Position numbers and translations under genes: made by a program
The notes under the pieces: model-generated
What the model was told of the DNA's origin: nothing
Databases searched by the model: none
The model's input: the letters and a program-made list of their open reading frames with translations, nothing else
Shown here: in pieces, positions 10,496 to 22,296 of the stretch
Position numbering within the stretch: the first letter of the stretch is position 1
How the letters are laid out: each line of letters starts with the position of its first letter
Assembly: GCA_004764695.1 (NCBI GenBank)
Contig: SMSO01000034.1
Coordinates: 2,232,001-2,296,000 of the forward strand
DNA from: Schizochytrium sp. TIO01
Lineage: Eukaryota > Protista > Bigyra: Labyrinthulomycetes
DNA length: 64,000 nucleotides
Direction of reading: 5' to 3'

Positions 10496-11944
10496 ATGTC
10501 TGACGACGACCCATTTGCAGAGTCCAGTGACAGCGAGTGCGAGAGTGGCGCTGCTACGGCCCGCCCTCGCCCTGCGAAGCGAAAGTTTGGAGGCTTTAAG
10601 CCTTCGTCTACTTCCTTAGAGTCAGAAGATGCTCGAGATCGTGTGCGGTCTCGATTACAGAACCTCAAAGCAGCAGATGCTGCGCGGCAAAAACGCCAAG
10701 TCTCAGAGGTGCGCCGAGCAAATTTTATGAGGTCCTCTACCCTTTCCGTGCGGAATTTAAGACCTGAAACAAGGCTTCGGGAACTCTACTCGCGGTTTGC
10801 AAAGTATGGCATCATTCATGCAATTTCCGTGGATATTCGTGCCAAAGGTCTCGAGGCGTACGCGGAAATTATTTTCGATCAGGTCAAGGATGCCGAGCGT
10901 GCTTTTCAGACAGAGCACAATCTCGCGCCCAACGGACGCAAACTTTCTTTCGCGTGGGTATCCACGCCTGGCGACCGTGAACTGGAGTTGCTCAAAGCTC
11001 GTTACATTGAACGCAAACGCGAGGAAGACCTCGAGGACGATCTTCTTGACGAAGACAATAATAGCGTGAGTGTGCATGGAAGTGGCATTTTAGACAAAAG
11101 AGAGGGCCCCAACTCGAGACACAGTTCTCAAGACTCGAGGAGTGGGCTACAACAGAGTTCGCTAACAGGTGCAGCTCTAGAACGTGCCAAAGATGATGTA
11201 TTTGCAGCACTATTACAACGAGAACGTCGTGAATTGGAGGCTTTGGTGGATAGCCTAGATGACTCTCGACAAAAAGTAGCTCGCGTAATGTTATACTGTC
11301 TTGACCATGCAGAAGCTGCTAAGGAATGCTATGAAATAATTGTATCCAAACTTTTAAACGGACCTGTACCCGAACTCTCCACGGCCCCTACATACCGAGC
11401 TCTGTATGTTCTATCTGATCTTTTATTTAACTCCAATGCGTCTGTTCCCAAGGCAGCCAAATATCGGGCTCTAATAGAAGGCGACTTGGGCCTTATTTTC
11501 GCACGCATGGGTAAACTCCATCGGCTGTATGCTAAAGAAAATGCATTCTCATCCCGCATCTTTGAAAGTCGTGTCCTTGCAGTTTTGCAAGGCTGGGAAA
11601 GGCGTATTACTTTTTCGTCACAATTTTTAGCTGGTTTGAAGTTTTGCTTTTACAATGATGTACTTTCTCCCCCACCATTGTCCTCTGACGATGTGAATAT
11701 TGTCCGTGCGTCATTGGGGAACTCACTTGATGAAGTGAAAGCCGCGTGCATGCGATTTGGTCTTCCTTTCGCGCAAAATGATACTCTCGAGTCTGCATTA
11801 TCTCGTTTGCATTTTGCACAGGAGCAAATCACTGCCCTAACGCAAGATTTTGATGAACCTTCTTATCCGTCTTCCATGGATGGAGAGTCTCTTACTGAGG
11901 CCGAGCTTATCGCCCTCGCGCGTGACGATGTCAACAATACTTAA
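10496..11944 (+). CDS. RRM + CID-domain protein, U2 snRNP-associated SURP protein (U2SURP/SR140)-like
   Basis: RRM (TLSVRNL...FAKYG...YAEIIF) followed by a CID (SRQKVARVMLYCLDHAEAA, LYVLSDLLFNS...KAAKYR, VLQGWE) and a DG-x-x-L-like tail. Confidence 0.75.
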   Translation: MSDDDPFAESSDSECESGAATARPRPAKRKFGGFKPSSTSLESEDARDRVRSRLQNLKAADAARQKRQVSEVRRANFMRSSTLSVRNLRPETRLRELYSRFAKYGIIHAISVDIRAKGLEAYAEIIFDQVKDAERAFQTEHNLAPNGRKLSFAWVSTPGDRELELLKARYIERKREEDLEDDLLDEDNNSVSVHGSGILDKREGPNSRHSSQDSRSGLQQSSLTGAALERAKDDVFAALLQRERRELEALVDSLDDSRQKVARVMLYCLDHAEAAKECYEIIVSKLLNGPVPELSTAPTYRALYVLSDLLFNSNASVPKAAKYRALIEGDLGLIFARMGKLHRLYAKENAFSSRIFESRVLAVLQGWERRITFSSQFLAGLKFCFYNDVLSPPPLSSDDVNIVRASLGNSLDEVKAACMRFGLPFAQNDTLESALSRLHFAQEQITALTQDFDEPSYPSSMDGESLTEAELIALARDDVNNT

Positions 11945-12245
11945 CTCACACATATTGAGAATGAAGTGATGAGAATTCGGAAATCTGATAAGTACTTAGG
12001 CCTTACGCAGCGCGTAATTATGAAATTCTCCAAAAGAAGGGTTGGATTCTTAAGTATGAAAAAAATGAGTGAGTGCTCAAAGTTTATTGTTAAAGTAAGA
12101 GTAATATGTGTAAAATCTATATGTATCATTTATCTATAGATAAAGACGTGGACAATGTAAGGGTCTTAATGCATCTTATGATTTGAGAAAGAGACGACAA
12201 CGAGTTATCGTTGCATTATTTGTACGAGGAAAAAACATCAAGCTA

Positions 12246-13937
12246 CTATGTTGTCTTGGCATGAGCTGCCACAGCTTGGGTGTTGGCTGTTTTTGATTTG
12301 CCTTGTTTTGCGAGTGCCTTTTCAAGTTGTTGAGCGTCTTCGATAGCCTTGCGAGCTTTACGCTTAAGAGCATCAACCCGACTTGAGGCCTCGCGGCACT
12401 TTTTAGTAAGATCGTCCGCCTTCTCACGAGCCTCTTGTGCTCTAAGTTCTGAGGCTTCATCATAACTTCGCAGCCCATTTGCGACGGCTTCTTGCTGAAA
12501 TGCCATGGCTTTGTACTGAGCATGCACCTTTTTAGCCTTCTCGACCTCATCAAAGATACGGTTGACATTTCGCCAAATTTTTTCCATTTCCTTGGAGGAC
12601 GGGAGCTTCTTGTCCCGTAAATCTGCTGGGCCATCAACGAAAGTCACATGTCTACCCGTGACTGTGCCCTCCGCCTCATCAGCCTTGTTATCGCTAGCGC
12701 CCATCTCTTCCTCTTCCAACGCGGCTGCTGCTGCCGGGGTAATCCAATACTTGACAATATGGTAGCCAATTTGTTTCCGTACAGAAGAATGACCTTTTGC
12801 ACCTGGCACACCACTTGCACGTTCACTAATGAAAAGAGCTAACAGGGCAATCACCGCCGTAACGTTCGGGCACAATAATAGGTCACCTCGCTGGGCTGCA
12901 ACAAATGAACCTGCGGCAAGAGTAATCACAATGCCGGTTGAAGTAATGCCCTTGATGAAGTTGGACCTGCCACCAATGATGTTTCGCAGAATTGTTACAA
13001 TTCCGAACGTCGTGCAAAACACTCCAGGTAATGATGCTTCAAACTGACCCATACAAGCCGGCAAGCAGTTAAGCTGAGCCAGTTCTTCCCAGGTTAGAGT
13101 ATGCTCCATCCAAGGGGCCATGAATGAGAGATCGACACCGTCTAAATATTTTGACAGAGAGTAAATCACAAACGTCAACGTGAAAAGTATTACCCCAGCC
13201 GTCGCGACAAATGAGACACCCTCAATGACACCTGCGCGGACAAGAATGTCGTGAACAATTAACAGCATGAAGCCTCCCCACAGAGCGAGTGGCAAAAGGT
13301 CTCTGAAAAGTGCTTGCTCTCCCTCTTGGATCACATTCATGAATGATGCTGCAAAGACAGCCGCTGCAACATTGAGATAGCGTACGTGCTTTGAGAAGGC
13401 AGAAAGTGCCAGAACAAATAAAGGGGCGAGAATACGAGCAGGGTAGTCATCGACAAGACCTGATTGAGCATTGCAAATGCACGTGAGAATGTAAACCACC
13501 AAAGCAAGAACTGGGCTCTTTTTAGACACAAGCCATCCCAAAAGGCAGGCCGTCGCAACGCTGGATACACCAGCTATTTTAAGTGCAGTTTCGGAGGACT
13601 GGAAGCTTACAAAAAGCTGGCTTGCGTCCAAGTGAACTCCAATCCCAGGCAAAAGCTTGGCAAGTTCATGAACCTGATGCAGCTCCATAATAGGTTTACT
13701 TGCTGCAGTCCCAAGCATTGAGATCACAAAAACCATGAGAAAAGGATCGCATTTCCTTGAGATCCACGCCGCAATGATAAAGATCCACACCGCTCGAAGG
13801 GCCAAGACAGCGTCTAGCTGCGGAAGGCCCGTTGCCACCATACTTGCGCCTGTAAGTTCTTGTGCGAAGGCCTCTGCCACCACTGTGCTGGTTGCGAGGT
13901 CACCTTCCGGCCTCACAGGGGGTTCCACCGCATCCAT
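12246..13937 (-). CDS. Uncharacterised multipass membrane protein with a C-terminal coiled coil
   Basis: 563-aa ATG ORF with many hydrophobic segments in the first ~370 aa and a charged heptad-rich C-terminus. Confidence 0.75.
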   Translation of the reverse strand: MDAVEPPVRPEGDLATSTVVAEAFAQELTGASMVATGLPQLDAVLALRAVWIFIIAAWISRKCDPFLMVFVISMLGTAASKPIMELHQVHELAKLLPGIGVHLDASQLFVSFQSSETALKIAGVSSVATACLLGWLVSKKSPVLALVVYILTCICNAQSGLVDDYPARILAPLFVLALSAFSKHVRYLNVAAAVFAASFMNVIQEGEQALFRDLLPLALWGGFMLLIVHDILVRAGVIEGVSFVATAGVILFTLTFVIYSLSKYLDGVDLSFMAPWMEHTLTWEELAQLNCLPACMGQFEASLPGVFCTTFGIVTILRNIIGGRSNFIKGITSTGIVITLAAGSFVAAQRGDLLLCPNVTAVIALLALFISERASGVPGAKGHSSVRKQIGYHIVKYWITPAAAAALEEEEMGASDNKADEAEGTVTGRHVTFVDGPADLRDKKLPSSKEMEKIWRNVNRIFDEVEKAKKVHAQYKAMAFQQEAVANGLRSYDEASELRAQEAREKADDLTKKCREASSRVDALKRKARKAIEDAQQLEKALAKQGKSKTANTQAVAAHAKTT

Positions 13938-15399
13938 TCTGATCCCTAATTTAGAAACCCAGTTTACTTAATTCAAATGTTGCACTGAGTACGCGCCTCT
14001 CGTGCGATTCTGTGTATTGACGAACTGCCTTTTTATCCGTATTAGATACTGTGAATAGATCGAGTATTCTGTCAGTCCAAGCAGGATTCCTTGATCCCGC
14101 TCTGCCGCCTTCGCAGGACTTCGCGCAACCTGCTCTAGGTCCAGTGACACAGTGTCCCCGGACGCTTCCGGACCTCAAGGCTATCAGCGCCAAAGCCGCA
14201 GTCGCCGCGGTCTCTTCGATTGAGGATTTGGCGACTCCCTTCGCAAAGTTATTGAATTGATTCATTTCTTTCTTTATCTTCTTATTACACCTATAGTAGG
14301 AGTGCTCTTTTTACCATCCTACAATTCGAGGCCTACTTCTACGGTTTATCGTAGAAGGCCTCTACTTCGCCGTCTTCTGTGGCGAGTCTCTGCCTCCTGG
14401 ACCAAGGCCTGTGCAAGATGTTGTGCCACGGAGCATGTGGGCGGCTTTGAGTGGTGAAAATACTGTCATAATATGCGTAGGGAAGCCAGCTTTCTGGCAA
14501 GTACCTTGGTGGGTGAATTGCATGCCTACAGCGCGAGAAATAGCGAAAACGCCGGAGCTCAGCGCACAGTTGATGCTGAGCAATTGCTTCTTTTCCTGAT
14601 GGTTAGTTTGTAGCAGTACTTAGATGAAAAGGTAACAGTTGCTCTTTTGATAGTCATAAATGAATGAAAAATTGTAAACAGGAGAAGAAAAGAAAAAAGC
14701 AAAGTAATAACAAAGAGGGATCATGAAAACGGAATCAAATCAACTTGAAGAAAAGAAGGAGAAGCACTACTGCACGCAATACCAGTGTGGAATACAAGTA
14801 AGCGTGAACGAATTACCATAACTTTTCTTTCTGTGAGCCGAAGCTTGGTGCAAAGCGAAATGAAGGTGGAGTTGAGCGGATGTTCAGAGTTCTCGGGACG
14901 TGTGCGCGAGCGACTTCGCTTTCTGCAAAACCCACGTTGACGAAGGTGGAATAGAACTAAAATCAGAATGGAAATGCAAGGAGTGAGGGTTTACAATCGA
15001 CACCTGCATAAACAGCGGGTGCTAATGTAGCCTTGAAGACCACACAAGCTTTTTGAAGATTGAATCTGATGCAGGTGAGATGAACTCCACGCTAGAATTA
15101 AGACACAACCAGAGCTCCCATGCAGTCATGCATTGAATTGAACGATCTTACTTGATTTGGGAGGAATCGTAATGGTTTATGCGAAACCTGAGATAGATAG
15201 AGAGAGAGGATTATAATGACGCGAAGCCACAATAAAGACCAAGAAGTAGGTACGTACACGTACTGTTAGTAGAGTCTTGACGAAGTTATTCTATTTGACG
15301 ATGTGTTTATGCAGTCAAACGAGTCCGGGATTAGAAGCGATGATCACTAGCCCTTGGGCTAGTTTAGCCTCGCAAGAAATCTGCATTAAAGGCAAGCAA

Positions 15400-16783
15400 C
15401 TACGCCTCATTGGCAGCATCAAAACGCTTGGCGTAGTTATAGGCACCAACTTCTTTGAGAAGTTGCTTGAACTCTGAAGACTCACGAAAACGAGCAAAGT
15501 TATCGCTGGCAATCAGATCCATAACTTCTCGTTTTGCGTCGGCGAACATGTCATAAGAATAATTCGCAGTGTGCATGCGTTGGGCAAGCTCATCAGAGAC
15601 TGTGGACCTGAGATTGATCTGGGAGCTCGCGTTAGGAACAATGTATTTGTAATATATAAGATCGGCCTGCTGTAAGAGAAGGCTATTCTTACGACGCGTC
15701 ACATCGTTTGGATCAAGACCAATGGCCTCGACCACAGACTTACGAATCCGGGCATCGATTGCCTCAAAGTGACTCACGGCAAGCAAGAAATCAATGTTCT
15801 CTGCAGCAAACTCCTTTTCGAAAAAAGGCCTCCAAATACTTGCGACCAATACTTGTGTTCAAAACGCTTTCCAAGGAGACACTAGGGCCTAGAACACGCA
15901 AAGAAATGGCTCCAAGAACAGCAGGTTCGCCAACTAAAAGACCGCGGAAGTCCCTGCGTGAACATTCCAAAGTGTGAACTTCTCCATCTTCAGAAACAAC
16001 CACGGTTGCAGAATGTGGCTGCGAAGTCACAAGTGATACCTCGCCAAAGGATTGTCCAGGTCCGATGGAGCGAACCTTTTTCCTGCCAACAAAGACTTCC
16101 ACTGTGCCTTTTGTAATCATGAAAAAATGGCGCGGCTTTGTCTCTCCCTTTTCTACAATAACTTCAAGTTTACGGTACACGTTTGGGCGTACAATTTCGG
16201 GCAGAAGATGCTTTCTGAGTGGGCTCATTTCCGCAAACATGGGATTCTGGCCCATTGTATTACGGGCAGTTAAGAGCTCCTCACTACGCGATTTAAAGAT
16301 GCTGTACACATTTGGAGCCACTTTTTTCATCGCAGCTGCATCGACGCGAGTAAATGAGAAAATCAATGTTTCTTTCATGGTCGCAGTTGTTGTACTGTGC
16401 TGGTGCTCCTTGTCCACCAAAAGAATTTCATTGAGCACCTGGCCCGCACCATGTGTCATAATTTCAATAGGAAGGCCCCACTCATTCTGAGCAGTAGCAA
16501 TAACCTCACCTTCAATGACTATTAGGACTCGGCCAGCAACTGATCCTTCGCGTCCAAGAATCTCATGCGGCAAGTATAGCTCTACCTGCATAAGCTCAGC
16601 TGCTCGCCTCAATTCATTGTCACCGATTCGTTGCAAAAAGTTTAGCGACCGAAGCCCTCGGGCGGTCTTTTCTGCGAATTGTTCGTGCTGGGGATCTTCA
16701 GAATGGAAGCCTCCCACTGCTGTTGCAACTCGAGCTTCAGCGGCTAAGAGCTCATCCGATTCGGATGATTGCATGCAGCCCAT
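15400..16783 (-). CDS. Putatively acylated protein with two cyclic-nucleotide-binding domains and an RGS domain; one +1 frameshift at ~15821-15826
   Basis: Start MGCMQSS at 16783. cNMP-fold motifs (FFMITKGTVEV, GQSFGEVSLV..PHSATV). The RGS signature SLESVL...GRKYLEAF|FEKEFAAENIDFL...IYYKYI...QINL...FARF is split across two overlapping ORFs. About 460 aa when joined. Confidence 0.85.
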
Positions 16784-17133
16784 TGTGATTTCTAAAGGTG
16801 CTAAAGTATTCCAGATACGAGATTGATTTTGCAATTAATCTCCTCTGGCTGATGCCCTCTTCGCGGCGCGAAGATGGGTCTTGACTTTTGTAGCACGTGC
16901 TAACAACTGGTTGCAATCCTAAAACCTTAATAGCACTCCAGAATCGCCACTTGCACAAGCGTCCACAACCACGTTAAATATCTCAACCAAATTGGAGTTT
17001 GCTTTTTGATATAAACACACGTCCCCTTGTCCTTTCACGAAACCTCGTTTGCCTCTGTTTCGGTGGTCTCGACGCAGCTCATTTATGTAGGTTTGCATCC
17101 CGCCTTACGCAGCGCGTTCAATTCCCAATACAC

Positions 17134-17275
17134 TATCGCCTATTATGAATGGGTTATACTCTACACAAGTGAAGTATCGGCCATTCTCCCTATAGTATTC
17201 CCCTCAATAGCCTACTTATATTTTTTCGAATCTACTCAGGGTGCGCACCGATCGGGATATCCCGACCTATCCCTC
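17134..17275. promoter_or_regulatory. Cluster of AGTRRRKTATA-like motifs in both orientations plus adjacent perfect palindromes, upstream of the cNMP-RGS gene
   Basis: AATGGGTTATA at 17148, AGTGAAGTATC at 17168, reverse-strand AGTAGGCTATT at 17206-17216. Palindromes GGTGCGCACC (17240-17249) and TCGGGATATCCCGA (17252-17265). Confidence 0.4.
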
Positions 17276-18790
17276 AATGGTATACTGTTATTTGTATGAG
17301 AAGCGAGATGCACAGAGAGGGATTTCCCGCTTATAGTTCCAAAAGGGCTGGCTAGTGTGGTCTTCACGTGCTTTCTACTTTCTTGAGTTCTCACGAGAGC
17401 GAGCCATCTTTTTCAAGTAGTCGGAGCACAATTCTTTCGGAAAACCTTATTTCAATTAAGACGAACGACTCAAAGTTGATGGAGATCTCAAAGGAACAGT
17501 AACTCACATTAGATACCTACCACACGTTTTCATACAATTTTAACATTCACTATATAGAATTACACATACCTTTACCCTTAAAGACATGACACGGATGGTA
17601 GTGCGACAGGATTCGATAACAGTTCATGAACCATGATGGCCGTATCTGCACAATTTGGTTGGTGCCGGTTGCGAGTCCTTGATTGGCCACTGGAAGAATT
17701 TGGAGATTAATATGCTACTAAAGTATGCATTGAGGACGGAGGCGTATACTGTGTTCGGGACGAAGGCCGTGGAAGCGCCACATTGGTGGTCTGGAAGGAG
17801 TTGAACGGTCCAAGAATAGGTATAACGGGTTATTTGTATGTCTTTAGAGTTGCGTTGTATGTGGCCAGGTACAATCTTCATCTGCACGGTTAGCAGTCTT
17901 GCTTACTTTGACAGGTATGTCTGCTGGGAGCTTGTCTAGCACTATAACCTCGCTCTTTTAGTGCCAAATGCAATGATGCTATGCGACGCAAACGAAGCAA
18001 AATTTGTGCGTTACCTGGTTTTCTCTATTTGTCTCTATGCCTCTCTTTATTTTCACGTGCTGCAAGGTCCTCACGAGCTGACTATCTTGACAAATATATT
18101 TTCCGTCCGTCATTACGATAGTTAGTGACAAGAAAATATTCAGATTCACGCTGAAGCATGCGATGGAAGGAAGCAACACACCTGTCTAGACCATCAAAGT
18201 AGCAAGGTTAGTCTCTGTATGTGGCCACAACGATAATGCCTTCCAAGGGTGGAGAAAGAAAGTTCATTTTGTGCTTTGATTAAAATTACTAGTAAGAAGA
18301 ACGGGATGGAGATGGCCAATCATTTCATGACAATCAACGAGATAATCCTAGCACAAGTTTTGAAGCCATACTCATAGAAAGTGGAAAATGATGGCATCAG
18401 TTTAAGTTTTATATACCTGCCTCTGAATAGCGGATTGATGTTACGTTTAGTAACTTAATACCTAGCTTATCACGTAGTGTCCTAGGAAGAATACAATCTA
18501 ATAGACGAATTTGATCTTTCCACATCCATCCTTCCATTTGGCGCAAAACCAACAACATATTATAGCGCAAGATGTTTGTCATAAAGTGCTACGATTGAGA
18601 ATTAGTCAACTCAATTGTACAGTCTGAACTATAAATAATGCAACAGAGTTGTGTATGTAGGCTCGTGCAAACATTTGGTTAAGATGGGGACTTCTTATGA
18701 TGCAGTTATTATTTTTGTAAGTTTCAAAAATGCCAGAATCACAGCTACTACCCTTCAAGCGAGTTCACGGCGCCTTTAACCCCATTGATT

Positions 18791-21152
18791 TTATGCAGAA
18801 TCATTGCCGGCAGCAATCCTCAGGGCAATTTCAGAGGTAACCTCGAGAAAAGCGAGAGCCACAGGGAAAGACTTGTTGTACGCGTTAAACGTATGGGCTC
18901 CTTCACGAGCCTTGAGGACTTCTGGTGTGATCGTTTTCCAATGATCTGTAAAGACTACGCGGGTTAAATCAATCCATGCCCAATCGAAGTCTTCACGGAG
19001 CTCCTGCAGCGTCGGTGCCTTTACACCAGGAGCAAAGGACGCTAAAGCCTTCTGCAAGCAGGTGTGGTAATGCTCAACAAGCGGCTGAATGGCTGAAAAA
19101 CTATCTACATCACCGCTAGCGGCAATAGAATAGGCAACATCTGCAGCAGCGATACCAAGCCCAGACCATTGAAAGTCAATAAGGCCAACATCCTCACTAT
19201 TTTCCTTAAAGAAAAAATTAGGTGATTTTGCATCACCGTGCACAATAGTCTGAATACGACGGCCCACTTTAATTGACTCGTGGTTTCCTTGAATTCCATG
19301 AGTACGAATAGAGGCTTCTTCCGCAAGATCACGAATCAGGCTTCCAAGACCGAGCATGTCCTGGTCAAGACCAAAACTTTCATGGATTCGGGCCCAAGTC
19401 GATATGATATGGTTGAGTTGACCTTTCGGTTGCTGGCCAAGGTGCCAATATGAGCCTGTTTCCCATAATTGAGGCGCGAGCTTGACTCCAGGGGCATTTG
19501 CAGGCTGTCCTTCGACCCAATAAAAGGCGTGAAAGTTTGCTAATGTCTCCATGCACAGCTGAAGCTGGTCTCTGTTAAGATAAGGAAACTGGAGCCATCC
19601 ATCTTCTTTGCGAAGGTCGGGCAGGAATACAGCAAAACGAGAGTCAAGGGGTACGTCAAAGCGCGGTTTTGTCTCGATACGATAGGGCAGAGCAAGACAC
19701 GGCTTCCCCTTGGCCATTTCTGCAAAAAGTTTGGTTTCTGGTGCTCCTACAAAAGCAAACTCTACGCCAGAGCTTTTTACGTCGCGTAAAATTTTGTAAG
19801 GAGTCACTTGGCTCTTCTTGATGGCAAAGGGCATTTCACGAAGCACAATCCGCTTGTAAAAAATCGATCCTGACGGGTAGCACTTAATACGGCATGCAGC
19901 ACTCTGTTTGTAACGCACCGCGCTTGATTCGTCTGCGCAGAAACCTGTTACTTCAGTTTGCAAAATTTCACCAAGTTTTTCCACTGTGAGGGGCTGGCCA
20001 TTGAGATCTCTCGCAACATCTAAGGCTTGCGCTGCGGGCTCCCCTTCTCCGTCAACTTGCAAGCCATAGAGTTTTGCGAGCTCAGGCATAGCACGAATTG
20101 AATCGCAAAGCTCCTCGTGAGATTGCTTGGCACGGGATTTATAATTTGGGCCGGTTGCAATCACACCAAAGCGATTCACTAATGTTGGCACGTTTCCGGT
20201 ATGCTCGATCGGGTGTCCAGCAAGTGTCGTGAGAAGACCGCCTTGTCCCTGGGCGGTCAGCAATGCTTCTGGAGCACACGAGTCCCACAGAGAGCTGGCC
20301 AAGTTGAACAGAGCTACATCCGCCTGGCCTGTCAGAAGGCGCAGAACCTTATTGCCGCATCCGCCCACAGAGATGTCATGGTCGGCTTTGATATGCGAAG
20401 CAGCAACCTCCTGCAAGAGTGCCTCCTTAATCTTGGCAGAGTTTGCAGCAACGACCTCCGTATCACCATGTGAAGATGAGCGCGCAAAGTCACTCTTATC
20501 TGCAATATCTAAGCCGTGCAGACTGCCACCAACGATTCCATAAAGACAGTGACCTTTGGCTTGAGAGGCGGTTTCGGCAGAGGCGCCAATTTTACCGTCG
20601 TGAAACGGCAAGTTCATCACTCCTGCCACAGGCCGACCACGCCATGCGATGCCAATGAGCGTCTGACAAGACATCAGACGTCCTTCAACAAATTCTCGAG
20701 TTCCATCCACGGGGTCCACGAAGACACATACCTCTTCAAAGTCAGCAGGGAACATATCCAGATCCGTGGTGCCCACAGGTGGTAGCTGAAGCTCAAGATC
20801 CTTGCCGGCCTGCAATTTCTCTTGAGTCGCCTGGGACTCCAACTTTGTCGAAGAAGACTCTGAGCCCTTGGAACTAATTTTCTTAATATCGTCCTCATCT
20901 TCTTCTCCGATGATTTGCAGGTTTGGTCCAAAGGTATCGCGTAGACCGTTCACCACAACTTGCTGAGCTCTTTGGTCGGCGACAGTGAGGTATGTTCGCG
21001 GGTCATCAGCATCTTTGAGGCTAGCATCGAGAGGTTTTCCAGCTTCGCGATCAGCCTGCACGCTTCGAATGACATTCCCCTGCTTCGCGGGCAAGCTCCA
21101 CGCAGCGTTTCAAGAGTTTGCCTAGCACTTGAGTGCCCGAATCTGTCTCCAT
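18791..21152 (-). CDS. Inositol monophosphatase-family (BPNT1-like) phosphatase fused to an APH/choline/ecdysteroid kinase-like domain; one +1 frameshift at ~21077-21080
   Basis: IMPase motifs LTVADQRAQ, IIGEED, FVDPVDGTREF, WDSCAPEA. Kinase motifs HGDAKSPNFFF and LIDFQW. The N-terminal helix METDSG...CVELAREAG joins NVIRSV after removing one G. Confidence 0.88.
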
Positions 21153-22250
21153 TTTCTGCCGCCGGCTACACTCCGTCGAGGTCGATGGCCTTTCACGGTT
21201 CTGCTTTCGAGTACAGCTCGAGGTAGTTTCTACAGACCCAGCAATGCACGTCAAGCCACTTTCCTCTACGCCGGACTCACGAGCAGTTGATAGATTTAGT
21301 AATCATGACCTTCACGATATCGAGTGACCAAGAGTTGTCTCGCAGTACCTATGGTTATATAATTATGATACTAGTAGTCGAGACATAGTGTTATATCCTG
21401 GCAATGCTGAAGCTGACGGAGGCTGAGGAGGCCCTTGGCTCAGCGAGTCGCTATAACGAGGTCGTTTTGAGGAGCTATTCGTTGATCTTTATCGCGATCT
21501 TTCTGCTGTAATATGACTCGAGAATTGGTATTGTAAGGGAAATGCAAAAGTATAGTTTGATTTTTTTTTCTTGGTTCATGGCATACTTCATCATCATGTA
21601 TACCTAATTTGCAAAGGTTTACGCAATGCGCGATGCATTATGGCAAGAAGAGGTCTTGGCTTTTTGAACATTCGAATCTGATATTCCAACATGCATAGGA
21701 CCTGGATTATATGCCACTGTTTAGCCTATTCACTGTGTCAAAGAAAAGGTCTTCAGTGGTTTTGAAACGCCATCCTATACCTAATTTATTGGATTTCTAT
21801 ATTAGATATGTGCGATTGTAATTCCTGTAAAGGTTTGGCTGCCGTTTTCATTCATGGGAAGGTACGACGCACTAATTCACTAGATTTCATTTACAGTCTT
21901 TCTTTCCAAGTTATTCAAGGATCCCTGCCATCGCCACCTTTCGTGTACTTGCTTCGTTACAACCTCTGCCTAATTCCCATCATCAAATGGACCTGATGGT
22001 CGCAACGATACCTTGGTGTAGTCGTGTGCCGAGGTTTTCTTCATTCGGATGCAATGTATTTTTTTAATTGACATACTTTTTAGTAAGCAGGGCCAGTAAG
22101 TACGTACTAGTAGGCCCAACGAGCAACTAAGTAACATTAGATGTGCAAGAAAATGCATCTCGATTTGGGAAGTCACCCACCCGGACTCTGTGTGGGCTGG
22201 CACGATGGCATGGTCTCTGATGTGCGTAGATCTCGAGGTTCTTTTGCATA

Positions 22251-22255
22251 CTTGC

Positions 22256-22296
<41 letters not shown>
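22251..22296. repeat. (GCTT)n microsatellite
   Basis: About 11 tandem GCTT units read directly. Confidence 0.95.

Noticed and set aside
14340-14600. Possible LINE endonuclease remnant on the minus strand (EDGEVEAFYDK)
   Set aside because: A single short resemblance with no supporting collinear motifs.
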